Assembly (NCBI GenBank): GCA_050948885.1
Contig: JBMNER010000003.1
Location: forward strand, 93,826 to 157,825
Direction: 5' to 3'
From: Bacilli bacterium
Lineage (GTDB): Bacteria > Bacillota_I > Bacilli_A > RF39 > UBA660
DNA: 64,000 nucleotides
The position numbers were made by a program, and so were the translations under genes. This document shows positions 19,898-29,961 of this stretch, one piece after another. Below the pieces are notes generated by a model. It was not told the origin of the DNA, did no database searches, and saw only the letters and a list, made by a program, of their open reading frames with translations. Positions within the stretch are counted from its first letter, which is position 1, and each line of letters begins with the position of its first letter.

Positions 19898-20656
19898 TTA
19901 ATCCATAGGAATAGTAAAAATTGGTGACGATTGTGAAAAACCCTGTTGATAGTATTTAGGAATCTCCCCGGGCATTATTTTTGTCGCCACTGGCATCTCT
20001 AAATTATACTGAATTGTTTTTGACATTAATGGTAATATTACTTGATTAGTAACATCAACCTTTATAACGGCCTCTACCATAATATTATTAATACCATAAT
20101 TACGAACCCTAGTATAAACATTAGTATTTAAATTGCCCACTAGGGCAAAACGAATTGGTATCTTTGGGCCAACATTAGCTAAAAGAGGCATATTAGAAAT
20201 AATTCCTAAGGGTATTTCATAGACAATACCTCTTTTTAGATTATGAAGATCATAATCAGAAAAAATTACCTCCGCCCCATCAATTAAATGAAGGTTGCCT
20301 TCTTCAATCGCTTTTAAGTTTTGCAAAATTATAATAGACGCTTCATTTAATACTTTATTAACTATCACTGGGTTAAAATCAATACTGACTATTTCTCTAT
20401 TATTATTATAAACCGTATCAAATAAATCATTCATATCTAATTTACTAATTACTTCATTAGAGATGGTGCGATTAATTACTAAATTACCTAGTTTTTTAAC
20501 TTTCATCTCCGCAAAAGATAACAAGATGGGTGTGCCAACGTTACCCATATAACGAATTCCTAAAATAGCCACAATAATAACAATCGTAATAATAATTAAA
20601 AGGGGCGATAACCAGTGGTTTCTTTTAAAACGCCTCTTTAACTTCATGTGTGCCAT
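19898..20656 (-). CDS. sporulation protein YunB-like
   Basis: N-terminal transmembrane segment plus the YunB-type body; neighbours are Bacillus yut/yun genes. Confidence 0.55.
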   Translation of the reverse strand: MAHMKLKRRFKRNHWLSPLLIIITIVIIVAILGIRYMGNVGTPILLSFAEMKVKKLGNLVINRTISNEVISKLDMNDLFDTVYNNNREIVSIDFNPVIVNKVLNEASIIILQNLKAIEEGNLHLIDGAEVIFSDYDLHNLKRGIVYEIPLGIISNMPLLANVGPKIPIRFALVGNLNTNVYTRVRNYGINNIMVEAVIKVDVTNQVILPLMSKTIQYNLEMPVATKIMPGEIPKYYQQGFSQSSPIFTIPMD

Positions 20657-20733
20657 TATTTCACCTTTTTAATTATATGTTAAGTAATATTTTTTTAGAT
20701 ATGGTTAACACTATATCCAAAAGGAGAAATATT

Positions 20734-21198
20734 ATGTTTAACCAGCAAGTAAAAGATATTATGACTAAAAAAGTAATTACGGCAAATCGCCATACTACCT
20801 TCAATGAAGTCGCTAAGTTAATGGCCAAACATGATACTGGTTTTATTCCTATTGTTGACCATGACGAAATAATTGGCGTTATTACTGACCGCGATATAGT
20901 TATAAGAGGCCTAAGTAATAGAGAAAACTATAATTGTCCCGTTGATAAATACATGACTCATGAAGTTATCACCATTAAACCAGATGCTTCCATTGATCAA
21001 GCTAGTGAATTAATGGCCCAAAAACAAATAAAAAGATTATTAGTTACTGATCAAGGTAAGTTAACTGGTGTTATATCACTAGCGGATATAACTAACTATA
21101 ATAATAAAAAAGCCCTTCAGGCTTTAACTGGCATCAATAAAAAAAACACTAGGTCTTATCAAGATGACAACCCTAGTGTTGATGACTTTAAACTATAA
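20734..21198 (+). CDS. CBS-pair domain protein
   Basis: VKDIMTKKVITA...IPIVD...GVITDRDIV and a second CBS; RBS aaggag. Confidence 0.75.
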   Translation: MFNQQVKDIMTKKVITANRHTTFNEVAKLMAKHDTGFIPIVDHDEIIGVITDRDIVIRGLSNRENYNCPVDKYMTHEVITIKPDASIDQASELMAQKQIKRLLVTDQGKLTGVISLADITNYNNKKALQALTGINKKNTRSYQDDNPSVDDFKL

Positions 21199-21987
21199 CT
21201 TAAAAGCATTAAAATCAACATAACTACTAACCAGATACCAAACAAAAGTAATAATTAAGGCAACTATGACAAAGATTAATAAGCGTCTAACTAGACCATT
21301 ACTTTTAACTGGCGTTTTATCAGCCTTTTCTTTTTCAAAATCATCTTTGGTGAAATTACAAAAACTAGAATAAAAAGATTTATCAATCTCCTTTATCTCG
21401 TCATTTTCTTTTTCCGCTTTTTCAATCATATCTCCTAATGATTGTGTCATCATATCTGATAACAAGTTGTTAGTATCATCTTTCTTTCTTATGGCATTAA
21501 TTTCTCTTTTATTCATCGTAATAGTATGAATTAAATCCTTTAATTTTTCTTCGGCTGATTCTATCTCTTGAGTATATTCATCAATATCTTTACTTAAATC
21601 TAAATTATTCAATATATTATATTGCGTATTTCTTAACTTACGATACTTCTCCCGAATATCAGTCTCCGTTCTTTCTTCTTTAGCCCTTTCCAAAATACTA
21701 TTAATATCATGATTTATCTCTTCTTCAAAAATTGAATTAACAGGTTCTTCTTCTCTTTCGTAGGGTGCCTCTACCAAAGTTTGATAACTTTTCAAACGTT
21801 GGTATTCCGCCCTGCTTTTATATTGTTTTGTCTCACCATGTAAATTTATCTCTTTAATATCATCAACACTAACCACCTCAGAAATAGGCTCTAGATTATA
21901 AACGGTATTATATAAATCAGTGTTTTTTTTAGCCCGCGTGTTGGTTTTACTTTCATCTTGATAATATTTATCCATCCGTCTTTTCAT
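21193..21987 (-). CDS. hypothetical coiled-coil protein with C-terminal membrane anchor
   Basis: charged helical body; C-terminal LLIFVIVALIITFVWYLV. Confidence 0.4.
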   Translation of the reverse strand: MKRRMDKYYQDESKTNTRAKKNTDLYNTVYNLEPISEVVSVDDIKEINLHGETKQYKSRAEYQRLKSYQTLVEAPYEREEEPVNSIFEEEINHDINSILERAKEERTETDIREKYRKLRNTQYNILNNLDLSKDIDEYTQEIESAEEKLKDLIHTITMNKREINAIRKKDDTNNLLSDMMTQSLGDMIEKAEKENDEIKEIDKSFYSSFCNFTKDDFEKEKADKTPVKSNGLVRRLLIFVIVALIITFVWYLVSSYVDFNAFKL

Positions 21988-22136
21988 TCTATCACCACCT
22001 AAATTCTACCATGTTTCATGAACATTTTCAAACAAATAAAATATTACTCTGCCCACCTTTAATATTACCTCATCTTAGTTGCTTTTTTTATTTAATCACG
22101 CTATAATTTTATTATATTGAGGAGGAAAAAAGAAAC

Positions 22137-22334
22137 ATGATTAAAGTAAAAATTAACACTGAGCTTTGTATTGGTTGTGGCGCATGTCATGCTATCGCCC
22201 CAGAAGTATTTGCGATTAATGATGAGGGATTTGCGTATGTTAAAAATAATGATTTTGATGAGAAAAATAAAGATGATGTTTTAGATGCGGTGGAAAGTTG
22301 TCCCACTAACGCCATTGAAAGGAAAGATAAATAA
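22137..22334 (+). CDS. ferredoxin (single [4Fe-4S]-type)
   Basis: CIGCGACHAIAPEVF...VESCPTNAI; hairpin terminator at 22340-22370. Confidence 0.85.
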   Translation: MIKVKINTELCIGCGACHAIAPEVFAINDEGFAYVKNNDFDEKNKDDVLDAVESCPTNAIERKDK

Positions 22335-22467
22335 AAAGGCCATCATAAATGAGCCTTTTTTCTTTCTCTTTAGAAGTTTAAACGAATGCTTTTAATAATT
22401 TTTACTGTTTTGGTCAGGCATAAAAGAGAAAGTTAACAGACAAAGTAAATTTTACTTTTAATTTGTT

Positions 22468-22683
22468 CTATCCTTTTATTTTTATATATCTATTTAATTC
22501 TTCAATTAAATAATCACAGATTAAATCTAACATTAGGGAATAATCTTTATTTTCATTATATACTTTAAAAGCATCATAGTATCTTTTTTTATCTTTATTT
22601 TTTATGTTTATAGCCACATAACCATTTTTCATAAGTTCTAAATTAAGAATTAATCGTCCTACTCGACCGTTACCATCAGGTAA
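22468..22683 (-). pseudogene. Fic-domain C-terminal fragment
   Basis: LKPLPDGNGRVGRLILNLELMKNGY is the tail of the HPFxDGNGR motif region; no start codon and an upstream stop. Confidence 0.45.
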
Positions 22684-22699
22684 TGGCTTTAACTATGTT

Positions 22700-23158
22700 T
22701 TAATCTTCTTTATAAAATAATTCTTCTTTATACTTTTCTAAACACCTTGCACTAGGAAAGAAAAAATTTGTAGGTACGTTATTAATATCAAACCATTTCC
22801 ATTCAACTATTTCATCAGGCTCCATAACTTTTTCTTCACCAGTAAAAGATTTAGCAATCATACCAATAGTTACAAAATGGGCAAATTCATTTAAATCATT
22901 TTGAACACAAAAAACTTCTATATCTTTGACATCAATATTAGTTTCTTCTTTTACTTCTCTTATGCCTCCTTGTTCAAAAGTTTCTCCGTATTCTAATTTG
23001 CCACCAGGCATTGTCCAAGTGCCTTCTCCATGTAACTCACTATCTGCTTTTTTTCCATCATCATTTCTAAGTCCTAGTAATATTTTATTATCTTTTATTA
23101 CCATTACTCCAAAACCGACACCAACTTTTTTCTTTTCGTTCATAAAACATTCCTCCAC
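22700..23158 (-). CDS. NUDIX hydrolase
   Basis: NUDIX box GGKLEYGETFEQGGIREVKEETNI. Confidence 0.8.
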   Translation of the reverse strand: MEECFMNEKKKVGVGFGVMVIKDNKILLGLRNDDGKKADSELHGEGTWTMPGGKLEYGETFEQGGIREVKEETNIDVKDIEVFCVQNDLNEFAHFVTIGMIAKSFTGEEKVMEPDEIVEWKWFDINNVPTNFFFPSARCLEKYKEELFYKED

Positions 23159-23415
23159 TTCCTATTAAATTCATTATATCAATAAAAAGTGGGTTTTAAA
23201 CATTTAAAATTAAATATTCCCATATCAAATTAAAAAAACCATAAAAAAAGATTCATTTAAATCATCAATCATTTTTCCATATTCTTCAGGAGTTTTAGGA
23301 TTAACAACTATTACTGTTAATTCTTTTCTCTTTTCAACATATTTGCTTGACATTTTTATCACCTCCGCTTTTATTTTGGCGTAAGCAATATTTTTTTGGG
23401 GCCCCTATATGGGAT

Positions 23416-23888
23416 TATTTTATAATTTCATTATATAATTTTTTTAAAATAACATTTTGAAAATCTAATTTCATTTTACCAAATAGTTCTTCTGGATAGC
23501 AATATTCTATATCGTGATATTTTTCTGTTGGTTCTTGGATTTTTGTTTTTATTATACCAGTATATAAATCAACAATAGCATGACAGTATATTTTTGTTTT
23601 CTCAAGTAAAGCTTTATCTTCAATTTTTGAGTTAGAACTTCATAATATGTTTCAAAATTTGTGTAGAATTCTAAATCATCAACTTCATATCCTATTTCTT
23701 CTAAAGTTTCTCTTTTAATAATTTCTTTTGAATTTTCATTTTCTTCAATTTTTCCGCCAAGAAATATTAAACCCCACTTTTTTTATATTAACAACAGCAA
23801 TTTTACCTTCATTATTTTTAAGAACAGCATAACTTGATTTTCTTTCTAAATAATCTACATCTGCTAATTTTTGTCCAATTATTATCAT
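23416..23888 (-). pseudogene. NUDIX hydrolase with two frameshifts
   Basis: MIIIGQKLADV... then LGGKIEENENSKEIIKRETLEEIGYEV in another frame; shifts at T7 (23778..23784) and a poly-A run near 23640. Confidence 0.5.
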
Positions 23889-23909
23889 TTCCACATCTCT
23901 CTTTCTACA

Positions 23910-24427
23910 TTATCCATATATTTTGACATTACCATTTCCATCAATAAAAGGATGGATACTTTCAAACTTTAAATGAAATAAAGCAATTTTTCTATTATCG
24001 GTAATTTATTTTCACTATTATACCAAACTAATAATTTTTCTATATTAGATTTTATCATATAGGGTTCTGAAAGAACAGCGGTAGTACCAAGAATACGTAC
24101 CGGTAAATCTCTATACTTCCCTTTATCCGCTTGTCTTTCCATCAAAACAAGGCGGTGAATATCTAAAATTTGGTTTTCCATTAAATTACCTTTTGTTTTA
24201 ACTAAATCCTCAATATAATAATAAGCATCTTTATGTCCTATAGCAGTTAGATAATCATTAAGTGGCTTTTCCCCGATTGTAATATTCTCTTTTAAAACTA
24301 ATGCCGTTTCATCTAATGTTAATGTGCTCCCTTCAATGGCATTACTATCATAAGTATACTCAATAACAAACTCTTCGCGTAAACGATTAATTTCTCCGCT
24401 TGTAAACGCTCTTAAAGAACTTAACAT
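23910..24427 (-). pseudogene. Fic-domain protein, frameshifted and truncated at the active-site motif
   Basis: the N-terminal Fic body (ORF 23969..24427) shifts frame to ...FHLKFESIHPFIDGNGNVKIYG*; ends within the HPFxDGNGR motif. Confidence 0.5.
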
Positions 24428-24659
24428 ATCTTTTATCCATCTATTATTTTTATTTTAGGATTTATAAATACATCTTCCCACTACTAATAATTATACTGTA
24501 TTTTAAATAATATTGCTGTGTTTTTTAACTATTAGGGTTTTTATTTTGTCTTCTATTTTTTTATTTAGGTAACATTACCCTATTGGTACGCTTAATACGC
24601 TTTTGTATAAAAAATATTCATTTTACTCTACATATCTTATAACAAAATTATTAACTACT

Positions 24660-25391
24660 TTATTTATGGTTACTAACTAAATTATAAAGTTTTCTAACCT
24701 CTTTAATTGTTAATGGGCGATATTCACCAGGCTTTAACCCCTTTAAATCAAGAAAAGCAATTCTTTCTCTTTTTAGTTTTAAAACCTCGTAACCAAAATA
24801 AGCAAACATCTTTTTAATCTGATGGTAACGGCCTTCGCCAATAGTAACCTGAACAACACTTTTATTATTACGACGATTTATTCTTCTTACCTTAACTTTA
24901 GCTTTGGCGGCCTTCTTATTATCAATTATTATTCCATCTGCCATTGCCTTAATATTCTGAGGCATTACAATACTATTAACTGTCGCCACATATACTTTTT
25001 CAATTTGCTCACGCGGATGCATAATTAAATTAGCCAAAGTGCCATCATTAGTAACAATTATTAGCCCCGTGGTATTATAATCAAGTCTCCCTACTGGATA
25101 CAAGCCTTTTTCATTACCAAAATAATCTAATATCGTTGGGCGACCCCTATCATCAGTTGTGGTACTAAGAACACCTAATGGCTTATAGAATAGAAAATAT
25201 CGTTTAATTGCGATTGGTAATTGGTTCCCTTTAATCTCTATGGTGGCGGTCTTTTTGACTTTTGTCCCTAGTTTAGTTACTATTTCGCCATTTACTTTTA
25301 CACATCCAGCCTGAATTAACTCTTCAGCCTTTCGTCTTGAACAATAACCACGCTGAGCAATTAATTTGTGCAATCGTTCCAACGTTATCAC
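24660..25391 (-). CDS. rluB: rRNA pseudouridine synthase (RluB/RsuA family) with S4 domain
   Basis: S4 motif RLHKLIAQRGYCSRRKAEELI; GRLDYNTTGLIIVTNDG catalytic Asp region. Confidence 0.85.
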   Translation of the reverse strand: MITLERLHKLIAQRGYCSRRKAEELIQAGCVKVNGEIVTKLGTKVKKTATIEIKGNQLPIAIKRYFLFYKPLGVLSTTTDDRGRPTILDYFGNEKGLYPVGRLDYNTTGLIIVTNDGTLANLIMHPREQIEKVYVATVNSIVMPQNIKAMADGIIIDNKKAAKAKVKVRRINRRNNKSVVQVTIGEGRYHQIKKMFAYFGYEVLKLKRERIAFLDLKGLKPGEYRPLTIKEVRKLYNLVSNHK

Positions 25392-26502
25392 CCAATAATA
25401 TTATAACTTTTTTAGTATCTAATAACAATATCCCTAGTGACTTTAGTAACTTAATTAATAAGTGGTTCCGTTTCGCTTTCTTAACGTAAATAACTTGAGA
25501 ATGAATCTTTTTATCGCCTAGATATACATATACATTACCAACCTTATCACTATGTTGATAATTATTTAACTTTTCTATTTCTATTTTAGTGTATACTAAT
25601 TCTTTTTCCTCTTTAGTTAACGGGTAAAAAAAATCATGCTTGATATATAATTTATCTTGATAAAAAGTGTCTTCCACAACCTTAAACCTTTTTTTGTTTA
25701 ATATTTTATAATTACGATATTCTCTAAAACCAAGTTCATGTAAATCCTGGTGGGTTTTCCATTGATTAGGATCGTTTAAAGTCACGGCTATTAAATTGAA
25801 ATTGCCTTTTGTCGCGGTGGTAACTAACGTTTTTAACGCCTTTTCAGTATAACCGTTCTTACCCCCAGTTAAGTATTGATAAGAAAATAACAACTTATTT
25901 TTATTAGTCCAGACATATGTTTTATAATTAGTCCTAACGGTATGTTTTTTTGTTTTAACAATCTTCTGGTATTCATCTTGGGTCATCGCATACTTAGTTA
26001 ATAAAGCCATATCGTAAGCAGTTGAATAATTTTCCGTTTCCTCATCCAAACCATGCGGATTTCTAAAACTAGTATGGTGCATACCTAATTCGTTAGCTTT
26101 TTGGTTCATTAAAACAACAAAGTCCTCCTCCGAACCCGATAAATAATTGGCAATCATCATCGCCGCATCATTCCCGCTTCTTAACATTAAACCATATACT
26201 AAATCCCTTAAGCTTATTTTTTCCCCTACTTCAAGATAAAGATTAGTACCATAGCTTTTTAACACTGTCTCATCAACAGTAACAATATTATCCAGTTTTT
26301 CTGATTCAAGCGCCATAATGGCCGTCATTATTTTGGTTAGGGAGGCGATTAATTTTGGTTTATGAATATTTTGCTCATAAATAATGCGTCCACTATCTGA
26401 GTCCATTAAAATAGCACATTCACTACTAATATCAATGGCTTTTATTTTCAGAACCATAATTAAAAAAAAGAAAATAATAACAATAATATATTTGCGCACC
26501 AA
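25324..26502 (-). CDS. D-alanyl-D-alanine carboxypeptidase (PBP5/DacF-like); the C-terminal roughly 40 aa look out of frame
   Basis: SLTKIMT (SxxK), LRSGND (SxN), signal peptide. Confidence 0.75.
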   Translation of the reverse strand: MVRKYIIVIIFFFLIMVLKIKAIDISSECAILMDSDSGRIIYEQNIHKPKLIASLTKIMTAIMALESEKLDNIVTVDETVLKSYGTNLYLEVGEKISLRDLVYGLMLRSGNDAAMMIANYLSGSEEDFVVLMNQKANELGMHHTSFRNPHGLDEETENYSTAYDMALLTKYAMTQDEYQKIVKTKKHTVRTNYKTYVWTNKNKLLFSYQYLTGGKNGYTEKALKTLVTTATKGNFNLIAVTLNDPNQWKTHQDLHELGFREYRNYKILNKKRFKVVEDTFYQDKLYIKHDFFYPLTKEEKELVYTKIEIEKLNNYQHSDKVGNVYVYLGDKKIHSQVIYVKKAKRNHLLIKLLKSLGILLLDTKKVIILLGDNVGTIAQINCSAWLLFKTKG

Positions 26503-26560
26503 ACCACCTAAAAAAGTTTATGTTTTAAATATTTAAAAAATGAAAAAGGACATTGTCCTT

Positions 26561-27100
26561 TTAATAATTATATAAACCATGTATTTTTTCTCGATCTGTT
26601 TCCGTTAGATCATCCATTACCCAAGTACTATCCCGTTTAGTTAAGGATAAATTTAGGGTATAGGTTACTCTTTCTTTTTCTTTACTCATTTGGCCTAGTC
26701 GATAATCAAAGAATAACGGTTCCGAATAAGTCTTATCATCGCCCATAAACTCATTAGGATGATTATTTAAGTACTGTTGGGCATCATTAATAGTCTTATT
26801 TAAATCATACACTTCTATTTCTGCGGTTACAATCGCATTATCACCATCAATAATTTCATCCTTAATATCATAAGTAAGATTTTGATACTGACGACGCATT
26901 AATTTAGTATAAGCTGTTTTCTGAGAAGTATTTAAAGCGGGTTCACCTTTTACTACATCATTTAATTGATTCATAACTTGTTGATCCAAAGTCTGATAAC
27001 GCGACAAAAAGTTCTCAACCTCGTTTGTTGGTGTCTTAGTTAGTTTCCCACAGCCAGTTATTAAAAAGATTAATAATATTATTGACAAAACCTTTTTCAT
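26561..27100 (-). CDS. lipoprotein of unknown function
   Basis: lipobox LITGCG. Confidence 0.5.
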   Translation of the reverse strand: MKKVLSIILLIFLITGCGKLTKTPTNEVENFLSRYQTLDQQVMNQLNDVVKGEPALNTSQKTAYTKLMRRQYQNLTYDIKDEIIDGDNAIVTAEIEVYDLNKTINDAQQYLNNHPNEFMGDDKTYSEPLFFDYRLGQMSKEKERVTYTLNLSLTKRDSTWVMDDLTETDREKIHGLYNY

Positions 27101-27211
27101 CTTTTCCCTCCTTTGTTCTTATGTTACCAAAAATATGGTAATTTATACGAAAAAGAAGTTAGATAGAAAACATTTTTATCATATTATTAATCACGTTATT
27201 TATTAATTAAA

Positions 27212-28536
27212 TTACGGCCATAAACGTTTTTGATTTCTAAAGACATAAGAAGTCTCCCTAATACTATCCAGCCCTAATAACACCATTAATATTCGCGCTA
27301 GACCGCTCCCAAAACCGCCATGGGGTGGACATCCATATTTAAAAAAATCTAAATAAAAATTAATTGTTTCTAAATTCAAACCCTTTTCTAGCGCCTGTTT
27401 AACTAAAACATCATAACGATGTTCTCTTTGGGAACCCGTGGTAATCTCAACCCCATTCCATAACAGATCAAAACTCTTAGTTAATAATGCGTCCTGTTCA
27501 CTTTTCATATGATAAAAAGGGCGCTTAGTGTAAGGGAAATCAGTAATAAAAACAAATTCATGCTGGTGGTGTTTTTTAATATAGGCTGATAATATCTTCT
27601 GTCCTTCCGCATCTAAGTCCCCCTCAAGATTGAAAGGATTAGAATGCCCCTCTGCGCTCACCAATGTAATGGCATCAAGCCATCTTTATTCGCGGAAATG
27701 GTCGTTTGGGAATGACTAGTTCCCTATTAAATAAGGCTTTTACTTGATTCCCATACTTTTCTTTTACTTTCGTAATGCCCTCAATGAATAATTCTTCCTG
27801 TAACGACCATAATATCTTCTTCGGACTTAATCCAGGATACTTCCGCATCAATACCAGTAAAATCAGTCGCATGAACCGTGGTATGTGAACGATCAGCTCG
27901 GAAAACGGGGCCAATTTCAAAAACTTTCCCAAAACCAGCGGCCATCGCCATTTGTTTATAAAATTGTGGTGATTGGGTTAAATAAGCCTTGGTCCCAAAA
28001 TAATCAACCTCAAAAACCTCCGCCCCTGATTCAGTTGGAGCCCCAGTAATTTTCGGTGAATGAATCTCAATAAAATCATTACTAACAAAGTATTTTCTTA
28101 TTGTATGTTCAAATAAGGTTTGCACTTTAAAAATTAACGCTTTTTCTTGTTGACGAAGATCTAAATAACGCCAGTTTAATCTTACTTCGGCAGAGGTTTC
28201 GGTTTTACCACTAAAATCAATGGGAATTAAATTTTGAGCCTTACATTCTACCTCAATATCATTTACTACTACCTCTAATTTATTTATTGGCCCTTTACTT
28301 TTATTTACCATTCCCTTGACAGATATGACCGATTCTAAAGTAATGTTTTTAACCTTAGTTACTAAATCTTCATTATCCTTTAAGACTAATAATTGGATAT
28401 CGCCACTAAAATCACGCAAGTCAATAAACATAACCGCTTTTAAATTTCTGATTCTCTTAAGCCAGCCTTTTATAATTACTTCTTGATTAAGATAACGATC
28501 CAATTCCTCTATTAATACTCTTTTCATATCTACCAC
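27212..28536 (-). pseudogene. aspS: archaeal/eukaryal-type aspartyl-tRNA synthetase (AspRS2-like) broken into three frames
   Basis: N-terminal and core piece 27781..28536, middle piece ...ELFIEGITKVKEKYGNQVKALFNRELVIPKRPFPRIKMA in frame 2, C-terminal piece DAITLVSAEGH...GGFGSGLARI in frame 3; stops at 27781 and 27675. Confidence 0.55.
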
Positions 28537-29961
28537 CTATTTTTTCTTTATTTCTTCTTTTAATATTTCCGCTGTTAAAGCCGGGTTTGCCTTTCCTTTT
28601 GTTTTTTTCATGACTTGTCCCATAAAATAATCTAAAACATTATCGCGACCTTTTTGATACTCACTTATTAGGTGCTTATTCTCCGTTAAAACTTCTGTCA
28701 CCACCTCTTTAATATAACTATCGTCCTGAATCTGTTTAATATCTAAGGTTTTAATAATATCTATTGGTGATTGTTTTTTCTCTAGGGCTTGATATAACAC
28801 TTCTTTACCTTGTTTGTTAGATATTACTTTACTGTCAACTTGGTTAATTAATTCAATTAACATCAATGGTGTAATATAAAGATCATCCATTGTTAATTCA
28901 TATTTATTAAGGTGACTTAAAATAATACCATTAACCCAGTTTACTATGGTTTTATAGTTATTACTATACTTTAATGTATTTTCAAAAAAATCAGCCACTT
29001 TTTTATCTTTTACCAAAATCGTTGCGTCATACCTTGATAACTCATATTCATTCATATACTTATTAATTCGTTCATACTGCAACATGGGAATAGTTTTTTT
29101 AATAGTGGTCAACCACGACGAAGCAATAGGAAATGCCGGCAAATTAGGGTCAATGAAATACTTATAATCAGTCGCTTCCACTTTCGTTCTCATACTATAG
29201 GTTTTACGCTTATCATCATCAAAACGCCTTGTTTCCATCAGTACTTTTTTACCGGATTTTAACAACTCGGTTTGGCGCTTAACTTCATACTCAATCGCAT
29301 CCTTAACGTTATTAAAGGAATTAATATTTTTTAACTCCACTTTAGTCCCCAGTGTCTCTGCTTCTGATTTAGTAATGGAAATATTAACATCACACCGCAT
29401 TTGTCCCTTATCACTTTTCGCCTCAGAAACATCACAATATAAAAAGACTGATCTTAAAGCTTCTAAAAAAAGGACGGCTTCACGACTACTATTAAGACAA
29501 GGTTCGGTGACGATTTCAATTAAAGGAATGCCCGCGCGATTATAATCTAATAATGAATAATTATCAAAGTGATCTAAGCTTGCTGTATCTTCTTCTAGAT
29601 GTAATTGTTTTATATTAACAGTCTTATCATGACCATCAACATTAATAATTAAAATCCCATTAACACCAAGTGGTTTAGTGTTTTGCGTTATTTGATACCC
29701 TTTCGGTAAATCAGGATAAAAATAATTTTTACGGTCAAAAATAAGTTCATCAGCTATATCACAATTTAAAGCCAGTGCGGTTTTTAAAGCTAATTCGACC
29801 GCCCCTTTATTAGTGACGGGCATAACACCAGGAAAAGCAACATCTACCGGTGAAACATTTATATTCGGTGTTACATCATAAGTATTAGGTGCGGATGAAA
29901 AGACTTTAGACTTTGTTTTTAATTCACAATGAACTTCTAAACCGATTACTACCTTATACAT
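28537..29961 (-). CDS. gatB: Asp-tRNA(Asn)/Glu-tRNA(Gln) amidotransferase subunit B
   Basis: 474 aa with typical GatB N-terminal and C-terminal domains. Confidence 0.95.
   Translation of the reverse strand: MYKVVIGLEVHCELKTKSKVFSSAPNTYDVTPNINVSPVDVAFPGVMPVTNKGAVELALKTALALNCDIADELIFDRKNYFYPDLPKGYQITQNTKPLGVNGILIINVDGHDKTVNIKQLHLEEDTASLDHFDNYSLLDYNRAGIPLIEIVTEPCLNSSREAVLFLEALRSVFLYCDVSEAKSDKGQMRCDVNISITKSEAETLGTKVELKNINSFNNVKDAIEYEVKRQTELLKSGKKVLMETRRFDDDKRKTYSMRTKVEATDYKYFIDPNLPAFPIASSWLTTIKKTIPMLQYERINKYMNEYELSRYDATILVKDKKVADFFENTLKYSNNYKTIVNWVNGIILSHLNKYELTMDDLYITPLMLIELINQVDSKVISNKQGKEVLYQALEKKQSPIDIIKTLDIKQIQDDSYIKEVVTEVLTENKHLISEYQKGRDNVLDYFMGQVMKKTKGKANPALTAEILKEEIKKK

Noticed and set aside
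22468-23930. DGNG-coding duplication at the two Fic fragment ends as a target-site duplication of a NUDIX-cassette insertion
   Set aside because: Only 10 of 12 nt are identical and the flanking residues differ (HPFI versus KPLP). Two independently decayed Fic copies are equally likely, so this is kept as a hypothesis inside a finding rather than called.
27675-27932. ORF 27675..27932 as an independent gene
   Set aside because: Its C-terminal half is the conserved middle segment of AspRS (…PFPRIKMA), so it is the frame-2 piece of the broken aspS, not a separate gene.
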